From contig JAAXJC010000153.1 of NCBI GenBank assembly GCA_012270045.1, positions 107,655 to 171,654 on the forward strand: a DNA stretch of 64,000 nucleotides. The letters are read 5' to 3'. How positions within the stretch are numbered: position 1 is the first letter of the stretch; each line of letters opens with the position of its first letter. Positions 21,768 through 33,046 of the stretch are shown in pieces. The stretch comes from Luminiphilus sp. GTDB lineage: Bacteria; Pseudomonadota; Gammaproteobacteria; Pseudomonadales; Halieaceae. The notes below the pieces were generated by a model. It did no database searches. It was not told the origin of the DNA and saw only the letters and a program-made list of their open reading frames with translations. The position numbers were made by a program, and so were the translations under genes.

Positions 21768-21801
21768 GACCCCGGTACTGACACCAGTTCCGGGGTTTTT
21801 T
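21768..21801 (+). terminator. Rho-independent terminator after rpmB-rpmG
   Basis: CCCCGG(21770-21775)...CCGGGG(21790-21795) stem, extendable through CTG/CAG with one internal mismatch, followed by TTTTTT (21796-21801). Confidence 0.75.
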
Positions 21802-21815
21802 ATGGGCAGGAATTC

Positions 21816-23742
<1,927 letters not shown>

Positions 23743-23828
23743 TTCTGCTTCCTTGGGGCGGTGCTACTATGCTGCCTACGCACAGTGGATTATCGCATCC
23801 TCCAAGTAGCGCTGTTGAGAAAGTTGTC

Positions 23829-24854
23829 ATGAAATTCTTTGGGCGCAAAGACAAGCCCTCCCAGCCCGACATCCCCGGTGGCGAGCAGGCCGATGGCGAC
23901 ATCGGGCCTGATCCCGCCCCCGAGCAGGGTGCGGGGCTGTACAGCCGATTCCGGGCCGGACTGAGCCGCACCGGGAGCCAGTTTTCTTCTGGCCTGGGTG
24001 CCCTGTTTCTCGGGAAAAAAGCGATCGATGACGACCTGCTGGAAGACCTGGAGACGCAGCTGCTGATGGCCGACGTGGGCGTAGAGGCCACCCGGCGCAT
24101 CATCGACGATATCACTGGCCGTGTCTCCCGCCGGGAATTGTCCGACGGTTCGGCGGTGATGGCCGCTACCCAGAATGCGTTGCTCGATATCCTCTTTCCC
24201 TGTCAGCAGCCGTTAACCGTTGAGGTTCCCAAACCCTTCGTTATTCTGGTGGTGGGGGTAAACGGTGCCGGCAAGACGACAACCATTGGCAAACTGGCCA
24301 GGCGTTTTAAAGGAGAGGGTAAGCAGGTCATGCTGGCTGCCGGTGATACCTTTCGCGCTGCCGCGGTGGAGCAGCTGCAAGCCTGGGGCGACCGAAATGA
24401 AGTGCCTGTAGTGGCCCAGCACACAGGTGCCGACAGCGCCTCAGTGCTGTTTGATGCGGTCCAATCTGCGAGAGCTCGAAATGTTGATGTACTCATCGCG
24501 GACACGGCAGGACGGTTGCAAAACAAGGCTCATCTGATGGATGAGCTTGAAAAAGTAGTGCGCGTTATGCGCAAGGTGGACCCCGATGCACCCCACGAAA
24601 CCCTACTCGTGCTCGATGCCGGCACCGGCCAGAATGCGGTTGCACAGGCCGAGGAATTCGACAGGGCAGTGGGGGTCAGCGGCGTTGCCCTGACCAAGCT
24701 TGATGGAACGGCCAGAGGCGGCGTTATTTTTGCCATCGCCCAGAAGCTGGGCAAGCCCATAAGGTATGTGGGTGTGGGCGAGGGGGCCACAGACCTGCAG
24801 ACCTTTGACGCAAAGACCTTCGTCAAGGCACTGTTTGATGCCGGGCAAAACTGA
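23829..24854 (+). CDS. ftsY: Signal recognition particle receptor FtsY
   Basis: NG domain with GVNGAGKTTTIGKLA, DTAGRL and TKLDGTARGG. Start at ATG 23829. Confidence 0.9.
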   Translation: MKFFGRKDKPSQPDIPGGEQADGDIGPDPAPEQGAGLYSRFRAGLSRTGSQFSSGLGALFLGKKAIDDDLLEDLETQLLMADVGVEATRRIIDDITGRVSRRELSDGSAVMAATQNALLDILFPCQQPLTVEVPKPFVILVVGVNGAGKTTTIGKLARRFKGEGKQVMLAAGDTFRAAAVEQLQAWGDRNEVPVVAQHTGADSASVLFDAVQSARARNVDVLIADTAGRLQNKAHLMDELEKVVRVMRKVDPDAPHETLLVLDAGTGQNAVAQAEEFDRAVGVSGVALTKLDGTARGGVIFAIAQKLGKPIRYVGVGEGATDLQTFDAKTFVKALFDAGQN

Positions 24855-24857
24855 CAG

Positions 24858-25520
24858 ATGATCGAGTTCGACAGGGTCAGTAAGCGCTTTGCAGACCACG
24901 ATGCGCTGCGTGACGTGTCAGTCAACATTGACACTGGGGAAATGGTTTTCCTCACCGGTCACTCGGGAGCGGGGAAAAGCACGTTCCTGCGGTTGTTGAT
25001 GTTGCTGGAGCGTGCCTCAATGGGCACCCTGCGGGTCGATGGCCGCGATACCGCCCGGGTCAAGGGGCGGGACGTGGGTCGCTATCGTGGCGAGTTCGGC
25101 ATTGTCTTCCAGGACCACCAGTTGCTGTACGATCGTTCGGTGTTGGACAACGTCGCGCTGCCCCTGGAGATAGCGGGCTTCCACCCGAGAGACATACAGC
25201 GCAGAACCCGGGCGGCCCTGGATAAGGTTGGTCTGCTGGGTCGGGAGAGGGCCAATCCGGCCATTCTCTCCGGCGGTGAACAGCAGCGGGTAGGCATCGC
25301 CAGGGCGGTTGTCGCCAGGCCCCGGTTCCTGATTGCGGACGAACCCACTGGGAACCTGGACCCCCAGCTGTCCGGGGAAATCATGGGTCTGTTTGAAGCG
25401 TTCAATCGGGTCGGTGTCACCGTTATTATCGCCAGCCACGACCTCGCCCTGATCTCCCGTTTGCGACATCGGATAGTCACGCTCAAGGCGGGACGCCTGG
25501 TCGCGGGGGGCGGCCTGTGA
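24858..25520 (+). CDS. ftsE: Cell division ATP-binding protein FtsE
   Basis: Walker A GHSGAGKST, ABC signature LSGGEQQR, Walker B FLIADEPTGNLD. Confidence 0.9.
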   Translation: MIEFDRVSKRFADHDALRDVSVNIDTGEMVFLTGHSGAGKSTFLRLLMLLERASMGTLRVDGRDTARVKGRDVGRYRGEFGIVFQDHQLLYDRSVLDNVALPLEIAGFHPRDIQRRTRAALDKVGLLGRERANPAILSGGEQQRVGIARAVVARPRFLIADEPTGNLDPQLSGEIMGLFEAFNRVGVTVIIASHDLALISRLRHRIVTLKAGRLVAGGGL

Positions 25521-26473
25521 ACAAGCAGAGCGCCGGGCTCGGTGTCGCACCAAGGCCGCGGCCAGTGACCTGGTTACATCACCACCGGCAGGCGGCATCC
25601 GGCAGCCTGCACAGGGCGATGTCATTGCCTGTTGCCACACTGCTTACCTGGTTGGCTGTCGGTATTACACTGGCGCTGCCCGCTTCCCTGCTGGTGATTC
25701 TGAACAATATTGAGGCGGCAACCCAGAACCTGAGCTCACCGGCGCGGTTTTCGGTGTTGCTTGACACAAACGCCTCCCTGGACGATGCCAATCGGCTGTC
25801 CCAGCGGATAGCGGCGCGTATGGACGTGGCTGATGTGGTACTGGTGGACAGGGACCAGGCGCTGGCCGGGTTTGCGGCAGACACCGGATTGCAGAGCCTC
25901 CTGTCTTCCCTGCTCGAGAATCCCCTACCCCATACCATCCTGGTCAATCCGAGAGATGATCTCAATGCTGAAGAGCTGGTTGGCCTGACCCGGGCGCTGG
26001 AAAGTTTTGGCGGGGTGGGCGAGGTCGTGTTTGATACCCTGTGGCAGAGCCGACTGGCCAGCGCGGTCCAGTTGGGCAGGCGGCTGGTGTTCGGTATTGG
26101 CCTGTTGATGGTGCTGGGCGCCATTTTGATCCTGGCCAATACCATACGGCTCGCTATTGAGGCGCGGCGGGATGAAATTGTCGTCATCAAGTTGATTGGT
26201 GGTGGTGATGCCTACGCGCGGCGACCGTTTCTTTACACCGGACTTTGGTCCGGCATGGGTGGCGGTCTGTTGGGCGCCGCCATGACAGGCCTGTTTTTCC
26301 TTTACCTCTCGACACCTGTCGACCAACTCATGCAGCTGTATAACAGTGACCAGGTGTTTAGCGGTCTTGGCCTGATGGGTGTGCTCGCAATGATGTTGTT
26401 CGGCGGTGCCATCGGTCTGTTCAGCGCCTGGCAGGCCGCATCGGTTCAGCTGCGGGAGCTGGAGCCCCGCTGA
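25517..26473 (+). CDS. ftsX: Cell division permease-like protein FtsX
   Basis: 4-TM FtsX topology with a periplasmic loop. GTG start overlaps the ftsE stop (GTGA). Confidence 0.85.
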   Translation: MNKQSAGLGVAPRPRPVTWLHHHRQAASGSLHRAMSLPVATLLTWLAVGITLALPASLLVILNNIEAATQNLSSPARFSVLLDTNASLDDANRLSQRIAARMDVADVVLVDRDQALAGFAADTGLQSLLSSLLENPLPHTILVNPRDDLNAEELVGLTRALESFGGVGEVVFDTLWQSRLASAVQLGRRLVFGIGLLMVLGAILILANTIRLAIEARRDEIVVIKLIGGGDAYARRPFLYTGLWSGMGGGLLGAAMTGLFFLYLSTPVDQLMQLYNSDQVFSGLGLMGVLAMMLFGGAIGLFSAWQAASVQLRELEPR

Positions 26474-26491
26474 AGCAGCAGGGTGAAAAGT

Positions 26492-26518
26492 GAACTTTCA
26501 GGGGGTTAGCACTCTCTA
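26492..26518 (+). promoter_or_regulatory. Candidate sigma-E/AlgU-type promoter for rpoH (weak call)
   Basis: GAACTT (26492-26497), a 15-nt spacer, then TCTCTA (26513-26518), compared with the recalled consensus GAACTT-N16/17-TCTGA. rpoH has a sigma-E promoter in E. coli and Pseudomonas. The -10 match is imperfect. Confidence 0.3.
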
Positions 26519-26532
26519 AGCTAGAGTGCTAA
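26506..26532. promoter_or_regulatory. CIRCE element (HrcA operator), perfect consensus
   Basis: TTAGCACTC-tctaagcta-GAGTGCTAA matches TTAGCACTC-N9-GAGTGCTAA at 18/18 arm positions with a 9-nt spacer. It lies in the ftsX-rpoH spacer. Confidence 0.85.
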
Positions 26533-26563
26533 AATGATGCCTCAAGAGGAGGAGGATTCTATC

Positions 26564-27439
26564 GTGTCCGAACCTGGAAAAGTGATGGCTGTGGGACATG
26601 GCGCCGTTATGGCAATGGCGCCAGGCGCGAACCTGCCCGCTTACGTGCAGGCCGTCAGTGGCATACCCCTGTTGTCTGCAGAACGCGAGCAGGCCCTTGC
26701 CGAAAAACTTTACTTTGACGGCTGCGTTGACTCTGCGAGGGAGTTAGTGCTTGCTCACCTGCGTTTCGTGGTGCACATAGCGCGCAGCTATTCGGGCTAT
26801 GGTTTGTCCGAGGCCGACCTGATCCAGGAAGGTAACGTCGGCTTGATGAAGGCCGTAAAGCGGTTCGATCCCAGTAAAGGCGTGCGTCTGGTGTCTTTTG
26901 CCGTGCACTGGATAAAGGCGGAAATGCACGAGTTTATCCTGCGTAATTGGCGCATCGTAAAAGTGGCCACAACCAAGGCCCAGCGAAAACTGTTTTTCAA
27001 CCTGCGCAGTGCAAAGAAATCCCTGGGTTGGCTCAGCCCTGAGGAAACCACGGCCATAGCCGCCGACCTGGGCGTTGACGAAGCCGAAGTGCAGCGTATG
27101 GAAGGGCGTCTGTCGAGCCGGGATGTGGCCTTTGATCTGCCCGTTGATGCCGACGACGAGGATGGATGGCAAGCACCCCAGGCTTACCTGGACGACGCCT
27201 CGGCCGACCCGGCCCAGCGTGTGGAGCTGGAGGATAGCGCCAAAGACAGTGAAGGCCGGCTGCAAGCGGCGCTGGCGGAACTCGACGAGCGTAGCCGGAA
27301 TATTGTGGCCCAGCGCTGGCTGGCAGAGAGTAAAGCCACGTTACATGAGCTGGCGGATGAATACGGCGTTTCGGCGGAGCGGATTCGCCAACTGGAGGCC
27401 AACGCCATGAAAAAGCTCAAAACTGCCCTCGCTGCCTGA
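26564..27439 (+). CDS. rpoH: RNA polymerase sigma-32 factor RpoH
   Basis: LRFVVHIARSYSGYGLSEADLIQEGNVGLMKAVKRFDP and the RpoH box WIKAEMHEFILRNWRIVKVATTKAQRKLFFNLR. GTG 26564 has GAGGAGGAGGA 7 nt upstream (alternative ATGs at 26534 and 26585). Confidence 0.9.
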   Translation: MSEPGKVMAVGHGAVMAMAPGANLPAYVQAVSGIPLLSAEREQALAEKLYFDGCVDSARELVLAHLRFVVHIARSYSGYGLSEADLIQEGNVGLMKAVKRFDPSKGVRLVSFAVHWIKAEMHEFILRNWRIVKVATTKAQRKLFFNLRSAKKSLGWLSPEETTAIAADLGVDEAEVQRMEGRLSSRDVAFDLPVDADDEDGWQAPQAYLDDASADPAQRVELEDSAKDSEGRLQAALAELDERSRNIVAQRWLAESKATLHELADEYGVSAERIRQLEANAMKKLKTALAA

Positions 27440-27449
27440 ACTCCAGATT

Positions 27450-27863
27450 ATGGCTGATGCGCCGCCCCGCTGGCTGCGACCGGTCGCTGCATCCCTGGGA
27501 GCACTGGGCGTACTGGCCGGCGCCTTCGGTGCCCATGCCCTGAGGGATAGGTTAGCTCCAGATCTCATGAATGCCTGGGAGACGGCGGCGGATTACGGAT
27601 TGCTGCACGCCGTGGTGCTTCTGAGCCTATCGGCCTGGGAGCCCGCTTTCAGGTCCAACCGGGCACGCCCCTGGCTGATAAGCGCCTGTTACCTGTTCCT
27701 GATGGGAATCCTGCTGTTTTCCGGTTCGCTGTTCGCATTGGTGCTGACCGGTGTGGGTGGCCTTGGCTTGATTACCCCATTCGGCGGCACTGCGCTGATA
27801 TTGGCCTGGATATTACTGGTGCGAACCGGCCTTATCAGGCTCGACAAGGATACGGGCGCCTAG
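27450..27863 (+). CDS. DUF423 (YgdD-like) small membrane protein
   Basis: 137 aa, 4 TM helices, GAFGAHAL motif typical of DUF423. Confidence 0.7.
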   Translation: MADAPPRWLRPVAASLGALGVLAGAFGAHALRDRLAPDLMNAWETAADYGLLHAVVLLSLSAWEPAFRSNRARPWLISACYLFLMGILLFSGSLFALVLTGVGGLGLITPFGGTALILAWILLVRTGLIRLDKDTGA

Positions 27864-27871
27864 ACCCAAGC

Positions 27872-28558
27872 ATGGGCGATACGAAGTCACCAATCCGCAG
27901 TTTTGTACTCCGGGCGGGCCGAATGACCCCCGGCCAGCAACGTGGCTGGGATCAGGGGTTTGAGAGCTTTGGCGTCCGCTGCTCTGACGGCCTGCTGGAC
28001 TGGGATGGCAGCTGGTCTGTCAGGGGACGCAGGGTTGTCGAGATCGGCTTTGGCATGGGTGATTCCCTGCTGGCGATGGCGGCGGCCGATCCAATGGACC
28101 GATTCCTTGGCATCGAGGTTCACAGGCCCGGGGTCGGCCGATTATTGGGTCAGGCTCTGGACCGGGATATTCACAATATTCGGGTTTATGCCGAGGACGC
28201 GGTCACTGTGCTCGCCAGCTGTATACCGCCCGCCAGTGTCGACTGTCTGCAAATTTTCTTTCCCGACCCCTGGCACAAAAAACGCCACCACAAGCGCCGC
28301 TTAATCCAGCCCGAGTTCGTCAGGCAAGCGGCGACCCTGTTGGCCCCAGGGGGACTGTTCCATCTCGCCACCGACTGGGCCCCCTATGCGGAACACATGC
28401 TGGATGTCATGGGCTCGGAATCCACGCTGTGCAACGTGGCAGAGGACGGTGGTTTTGTACCTCGCCCTGACTGGCGTCCCGAGACAAAATTTGAGCGCCG
28501 TGGTGAACGGCTGGGGCACGGCGTGTGGGATTTGCTGTTCAGGCGCAGTAGCAGCTGA
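27872..28558 (+). CDS. trmB: tRNA (guanine46-N7)-methyltransferase
   Basis: IRSFVLRAGRMTPGQQ...VEIGFGMGDSL...FFPDPWHKKRHHKRR motifs. Confidence 0.9.
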   Translation: MGDTKSPIRSFVLRAGRMTPGQQRGWDQGFESFGVRCSDGLLDWDGSWSVRGRRVVEIGFGMGDSLLAMAAADPMDRFLGIEVHRPGVGRLLGQALDRDIHNIRVYAEDAVTVLASCIPPASVDCLQIFFPDPWHKKRHHKRRLIQPEFVRQAATLLAPGGLFHLATDWAPYAEHMLDVMGSESTLCNVAEDGGFVPRPDWRPETKFERRGERLGHGVWDLLFRRSSS

Positions 28559-28559
28559 C

Positions 28560-29723
28560 CTACGGACTCATAAACCGGGCGACGACGTCGTTAAGGAACC
28601 TGAAGCCCAGGGGTGTTACCGCCAGTCGGTCAGGCGCATCGGACAACAGTCCTTCAGACACCAGCTCAGACCGGATGCCCGCGATTCCGGTAGCGTCCAG
28701 TCCGGTCCGTGCACGGTACAGCTGCTCGTTGACACCTGCGCGCAACCTCAGGGCATTGAGCATGAATTCCACCGGCAGTTGATCCCCGGGAATGACCTGC
28801 TGTAGAGGTGGTTTATTGTCGGCGATCGCTGCCATGTAATCTTTGGGCAGGCGGCTGCGCTGCGTTCGGATCACCTCGCCACCAGGGCGGGTAATTTTGC
28901 CGTGGGCGCCGGCACCGATGCCAAGGTAGTCGCCAAAGGTCCAATAGTTGAGATTGTGTCTGGACTGTTGTCCCGGGCGGGCCCAGGCCGAGACCTCGTA
29001 TTGATCGAATCCGGATTGTCTCAGGTAAGCTTCACCTGCGTCCTGTATGTCAGCCAGGCTGTCGTCTCCCGGCAAGCTGGGCGGCTTTGACCAGAAGGCG
29101 GTGTTTCGCTCAATGGTCAGTTGATACCAGGAAATATGACCCTCGGCCCGGTCTACGGCCATGGCGAGATCGTCCAGAGCGTCTGCGGTGGTCTGCCCGC
29201 TCAGGCCGTGCATGATATCCAGATTGATGCGATCAAAATTTAACCGGGCGGCCTCAATAGCCCGGATGGCCTGGTCCCGGTCATGAATTCTACCCAGGGC
29301 TTTAAGGTGCCGGTTGGCAAATGATTGAATACCCAGGCTGAGACGATTCACCCCCGCGTTGCGATAGCTGCGAAAACGGTCGGCTTCGGCACTGCCGGGG
29401 TTGGCTTCCATGGTGACTTCGACGTCCCGGCCAATGCCCCAGCGCTTGTCGATTGCGTCCAGCAGGCGCTCGATACTGTCGCCACTGAACAAACTGGGCG
29501 TGCCACCCCCCAGGAAAATGGAGTGCAGGGGACGCTGGTACAGCGACCCCAGCTGTTGCTTCAGGTCATTCAGCAGCGCATCAATGTAGTCGGACTGCTC
29601 GGCGGGCTTGAATTGCTCGTGGGAATTGAAGTCGCAGTATGGACATTTGCGTTCGCACCAGGGAAAGTGCACGTACAGCGCCAGGGGTATGGCATCAATA
29701 TCCAAGCCGCTGCCTGAGTTCAT
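28560..29723 (-). CDS. hemW: Radical SAM heme chaperone HemW (YggW)
   Basis: [19 protein letters not shown] (CxxxCxxC) and colinearity with my recollection of YggW. ATG at 29723; the track adds a TTG codon at 29726. It overlaps the rdgB 3' end. Confidence 0.85.
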   Translation of the reverse strand: MNSGSGLDIDAIPLALYVHFPWCERKCPYCDFNSHEQFKPAEQSDYIDALLNDLKQQLGSLYQRPLHSIFLGGGTPSLFSGDSIERLLDAIDKRWGIGRDVEVTMEANPGSAEADRFRSYRNAGVNRLSLGIQSFANRHLKALGRIHDRDQAIRAIEAARLNFDRINLDIMHGLSGQTTADALDDLAMAVDRAEGHISWYQLTIERNTAFWSKPPSLPGDDSLADIQDAGEAYLRQSGFDQYEVSAWARPGQQSRHNLNYWTFGDYLGIGAGAHGKITRPGGEVIRTQRSRLPKDYMAAIADNKPPLQQVIPGDQLPVEFMLNALRLRAGVNEQLYRARTGLDATGIAGIRSELVSEGLLSDAPDRLAVTPLGFRFLNDVVARFMSP

Positions 29724-30291
29724 CAACTGCCTGACCCCGGTGACTCAGCCGCTGCTTTTCCGCTGCGGACAGGGTCGCGGCTGTCCTGCTGGTTCCGTCA
29801 ATGGCAAACAGGGGGTCGTAGCCAAATCCGCCATCGCCGCTGGGTGTCTCAGCTATACGCCCATGCCAGTAGCCCTCGGCAATAAGGGGGCAGGGATCGG
29901 TAGCGGCGCGAACCAAGACCAGCACACAGACGAACCAGGCGCGGCGCTCCTCACCGTGGCAGTGCCGCATCGCCTGCAACAGTTTCTCGTTATTGGCCGA
30001 GTCGCCACCTTCGGCGTAGCGCGCGGAGTGGATACCCGGTGCACCGCCAAGGGCTGGCACTACCAGCCCAGAGTCATCGGCCAGTGCCGGGAGTCCCGTG
30101 TGCGCCGCTGCGTTCCGTGCTTTTTTCAATGCGTTCTCAACAAAGGACAAACCGTCCTCTTCGGCCTCAGGCACCCGGTACTTGCTCTGGGGGTGCAATT
30201 CAAGGCCGGTGCCAGAAAGTGCCAGCTGCAGCTCCTTCAGCTTGCCAACATTGCCACTGGCCAGCACTGTCAGGGAAAGGTCATCTGCCAT
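29695..30291 (-). CDS. rdgB: dITP/XTP pyrophosphatase RdgB
   Basis: [12 protein letters not shown]...[15 protein letters not shown]...ADDSGL...[10 protein letters not shown]...GYDPLF motifs. Start at ATG 30291. Confidence 0.9.
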   Translation of the reverse strand: MADDLSLTVLASGNVGKLKELQLALSGTGLELHPQSKYRVPEAEEDGLSFVENALKKARNAAAHTGLPALADDSGLVVPALGGAPGIHSARYAEGGDSANNEKLLQAMRHCHGEERRAWFVCVLVLVRAATDPCPLIAEGYWHGRIAETPSGDGGFGYDPLFAIDGTSRTAATLSAAEKQRLSHRGQAVDELRQRLGY

Positions 30292-30295
30292 CGGC

Positions 30296-30736
30296 TTACC
30301 GGTCTTCCTGTTTCCAGAGCTGGGTTTTGAATTTGTAGTGATAAGACCGTTCGCTGCCCTCCGGTTGAAAATCGAACTCAAAAAAACGCCATTCGCGATC
30401 AATGAACTCAAATTCAGCTATGTAGTAGGTGGCGTCGCCTTCCCGGATTTCCTTGAGCTCCAATGTACTGCCCTGGATCAGATCCCAGGTTTCACCGGCA
30501 ATCACCATGGGGCGACCCGCGGTCTCGCCCTGGGAAACATCCCTGACAGACAGGGTCAGTATGGCCTTGAAATCACCCCGGGCGATGCCGTATTCCGCGG
30601 CTATCTCCGGCGTCAAAAAAGTGGTGTAGACGACGCTGTGATGAAGTTCGTACTGATCGAAGCGCTCAGACTGCTGAGCAGCCGCCTCAGCTGCCGCCAG
30701 ACCCCAGGCCAAAAGTGCAATCAGGAAGCAGCGCAC
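30296..30736 (-). CDS. DUF4426 domain periplasmic protein
   Basis: Signal peptide plus a ~120-aa beta-rich domain. It occupies the conserved position between metW and rdgB, as in Pseudomonas. GTG start. Confidence 0.6.
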   Translation of the reverse strand: MRCFLIALLAWGLAAAEAAAQQSERFDQYELHHSVVYTTFLTPEIAAEYGIARGDFKAILTLSVRDVSQGETAGRPMVIAGETWDLIQGSTLELKEIREGDATYYIAEFEFIDREWRFFEFDFQPEGSERSYHYKFKTQLWKQEDR

Positions 30737-31320
30737 GCCCTAATCCTGTAGATGGCGGTTGAAGCAAAGAGATTGGGAAACCATTGTTTAAAAAGCTGGG
30801 TCGCAGTTCCAGACACCATGTCTCGATCGATAATTTCAATGTTGAGCTCGTGGCACAGCGCCTCAAAATCCCGGACCGTGCAGAAGTGGATGTTGGGGGT
30901 GTCGAACCAACGGTAGGGTAAAACCTCTGACACCGGCATCCGTCCCTGCAGCCCCAGATGCAGGCGACAGCGCCAGTGGCCGAAGTTCGGGAAGGTCACT
31001 ACCGCCTCATTTCCTATGCGCACCATATCCCGCAGCACCTGATCTGGTCGATTCAGTACCTGCAGCGCATGGGCCAACACTACAATGTCAAAGCTGTTGT
31101 CGGGAAAGTTGCTCAGGCCCTGGTCCATGTCCTGCTGCACGATATCGACGCCCAGGCGGGTGGCTGCAATGAGGTTCTGGGGGTCGAGCTCCAAGCCCAG
31201 TCCCCGTACCCTGCGTGTACGCTGCAGCCTGTCCAGGAAAGAGCCATCGCCACAGCCCAGATCCAATACCCGGCTACCCTCGGTTATCCACGCCTCCACT
31301 TGTGTCAGGTCGTAGCGCAT
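30721..31320 (-). CDS. metW: Methionine biosynthesis protein MetW
   Basis: RVLDLGCGDGSFL SAM-methyltransferase-like fold and the TFPNFGHWRCR motif. Its ATG overlaps the metX stop (TGATG). Confidence 0.85.
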   Translation of the reverse strand: MRYDLTQVEAWITEGSRVLDLGCGDGSFLDRLQRTRRVRGLGLELDPQNLIAATRLGVDIVQQDMDQGLSNFPDNSFDIVVLAHALQVLNRPDQVLRDMVRIGNEAVVTFPNFGHWRCRLHLGLQGRMPVSEVLPYRWFDTPNIHFCTVRDFEALCHELNIEIIDRDMVSGTATQLFKQWFPNLFASTAIYRIRACAAS

Positions 31321-32453
31321 CAGATGGCTACCCTTGCCATCCAGGCCTGAAACAGATCGGTGTAGCCAGGCTCATCCAGGAGAAAGGCATCGTGGCCCGC
31401 GTCCGTTTGGATTTCTGCGTAGGTGACGGGCCGATCCGCAGCCAGCAGCGCGTCTACCAGTTCCCTGGAACGTGCGGGAGAAAAGCGCCAGTCGCTGGAA
31501 AAAGACACGATCAGCATTCTCGACCGCGTCGCCGCCATGGCGGCCTTGAGTGAGCCGCCGAAGCCAGCGGTGATATCGAATCTGTCCAAAGCGCGGGTCA
31601 TCAACAGATAGGTGTTGGCATCAAAGCGGGTGGAAAATTGCTGACCCTGATAGCGCAAATAACTCTCCACCTGAAAAACAGTTTCCTGGTCATCCGCTGC
31701 ATCCAGAGGTCTGTCCCTGACGTCTCGACCGAACCGGTCACTCATGCCGTCTGCTGACATGTAGGTCAGGTGGCCAACCATGCGCGCCAGGGACAAGCCT
31801 CGGGTAGGTGTCGCTGACTGCCGCTGGTACTGCCCCGACAGCCAGTCGGGGTCGGCGAGGATGGCCTGTCGGGCAATTTCGTTGAACGCTATGTTCTGGG
31901 CCGTGAGCCAGGGTGCCGCGGCCATGGCAACACAGTTGCGCACCCTGTCCGGATACTGTGTTGCCCAGTACAGAGCCTGCATACCCCCGAGGCTGCCGCC
32001 AACAACCGCCGCCCAGATATCAATGCCCAGTCGATCTGCGAGCAGTACCTGGGTGTGCACCCAGTCTTCCACTGCGACCTGGGGAAATTCCGGTCCCCAG
32101 ACCTCTCCGGTCTCAGGGTTGCTGGTATTGGGTCCGGAACTGCCGTCACAACCACCAATATTGTTGATGCAAACGACGTGGAAACGGTCGGTATCAATCG
32201 CCTTACCTGGACCAATATGCAGGTCCCACCATCCGGCTTTACGATCAGCAGGGCTGTGCCGGCCGGCGGCGTGGTGATTGCCGCTGAGCGCATGGCAGAC
32301 CAGCACCGCATTACTGCGGTCCTCGTTCAGCACCCCATAGCTTTCCATGGTCAGTTCAAAGCCGCTCAGGGTTTTTCCCGACGTCAGGGTCAGAACATCG
32401 TCAAAGCGCAGCTGCACTGGCGTCACGATGCCAATGTCACCCGGGGTGCCCAA
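31320..32453 (-). CDS. metX: Homoserine O-acyltransferase MetX
   Basis: Alpha/beta hydrolase with GGSLGGMQAL nucleophile elbow. HALSGNHH and AGHDAFLL motifs, paired with metW. TTG start is uncertain. Confidence 0.85.
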   Translation of the reverse strand: MGTPGDIGIVTPVQLRFDDVLTLTSGKTLSGFELTMESYGVLNEDRSNAVLVCHALSGNHHAAGRHSPADRKAGWWDLHIGPGKAIDTDRFHVVCINNIGGCDGSSGPNTSNPETGEVWGPEFPQVAVEDWVHTQVLLADRLGIDIWAAVVGGSLGGMQALYWATQYPDRVRNCVAMAAAPWLTAQNIAFNEIARQAILADPDWLSGQYQRQSATPTRGLSLARMVGHLTYMSADGMSDRFGRDVRDRPLDAADDQETVFQVESYLRYQGQQFSTRFDANTYLLMTRALDRFDITAGFGGSLKAAMAATRSRMLIVSFSSDWRFSPARSRELVDALLAADRPVTYAEIQTDAGHDAFLLDEPGYTDLFQAWMARVAI

Positions 32454-32456
32454 GGG

Positions 32457-33044
32457 TCAGATTCCTATTACCAGTTGCAACGGTAGTCCCGCAGCAGCAG
32501 CCATGTGACGCAGTGCTATCTGGATGACGTTAATGGCAATGAACACCAGTATGGGGGAAAAATCCAAGCCCCCAGCGGCTGGCAGCATAGAGCGAACCGG
32601 GGCCATGACCGGCTCAGTGATTTGGTAGGTCAGTAACACGGCGGGGTGGCGGGTTCCGGGGGCTACCCAACTCACCACGATCATGACGATGAGCGCCACC
32701 AGGTAGGTGTTGACCACCAGGCCAGCTACACCGATCAGGCTCCAGACCAGAATCGTAACCGGCCCTGGAAGAGCAAACCCTGCCAATAACAGGGTCGTAA
32801 CGATGGCGATCGCCTGCACTGCCAGGGCCAATACCAGCACTGCGGGATCCACGCGGCTTCGGATTGGGATAATCCGATGCAGGGCTTGCAGCGGCGGGTT
32901 GGTCAGTCGTGCCACGAACTGGGAAATAGGGTTATAAAAGTCGGCCCTGGCCGCCTGTAACATGCCCCGGACCACTACCAGAATCAGGTAGAGGGAAGCC
33001 GCTGTCTCCACCAGAAAAGCGGCGATTTCATTCAGTGCAGCCAT
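32457..33044 (-). CDS. yggT: YggT-family membrane protein
   Basis: 195 aa, duplicated YGGT-type hydrophobic repeats, in yggS-proC-yggT context. Confidence 0.75.
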   Translation of the reverse strand: MAALNEIAAFLVETAASLYLILVVVRGMLQAARADFYNPISQFVARLTNPPLQALHRIIPIRSRVDPAVLVLALAVQAIAIVTTLLLAGFALPGPVTILVWSLIGVAGLVVNTYLVALIVMIVVSWVAPGTRHPAVLLTYQITEPVMAPVRSMLPAAGGLDFSPILVFIAINVIQIALRHMAAAAGLPLQLVIGI

Positions 33045-33046
33045 GG

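Noticed and set aside
26534-26563. Upstream in-frame ATG ATG as the rpoH start
   Set aside because: These codons begin 1 nt after CIRCE and have no SD. The GTG at 26564 has a strong GAGGAGGAGGA with 7-nt spacing and gives a length closer to known RpoH. This remains unresolved without N-terminal data.
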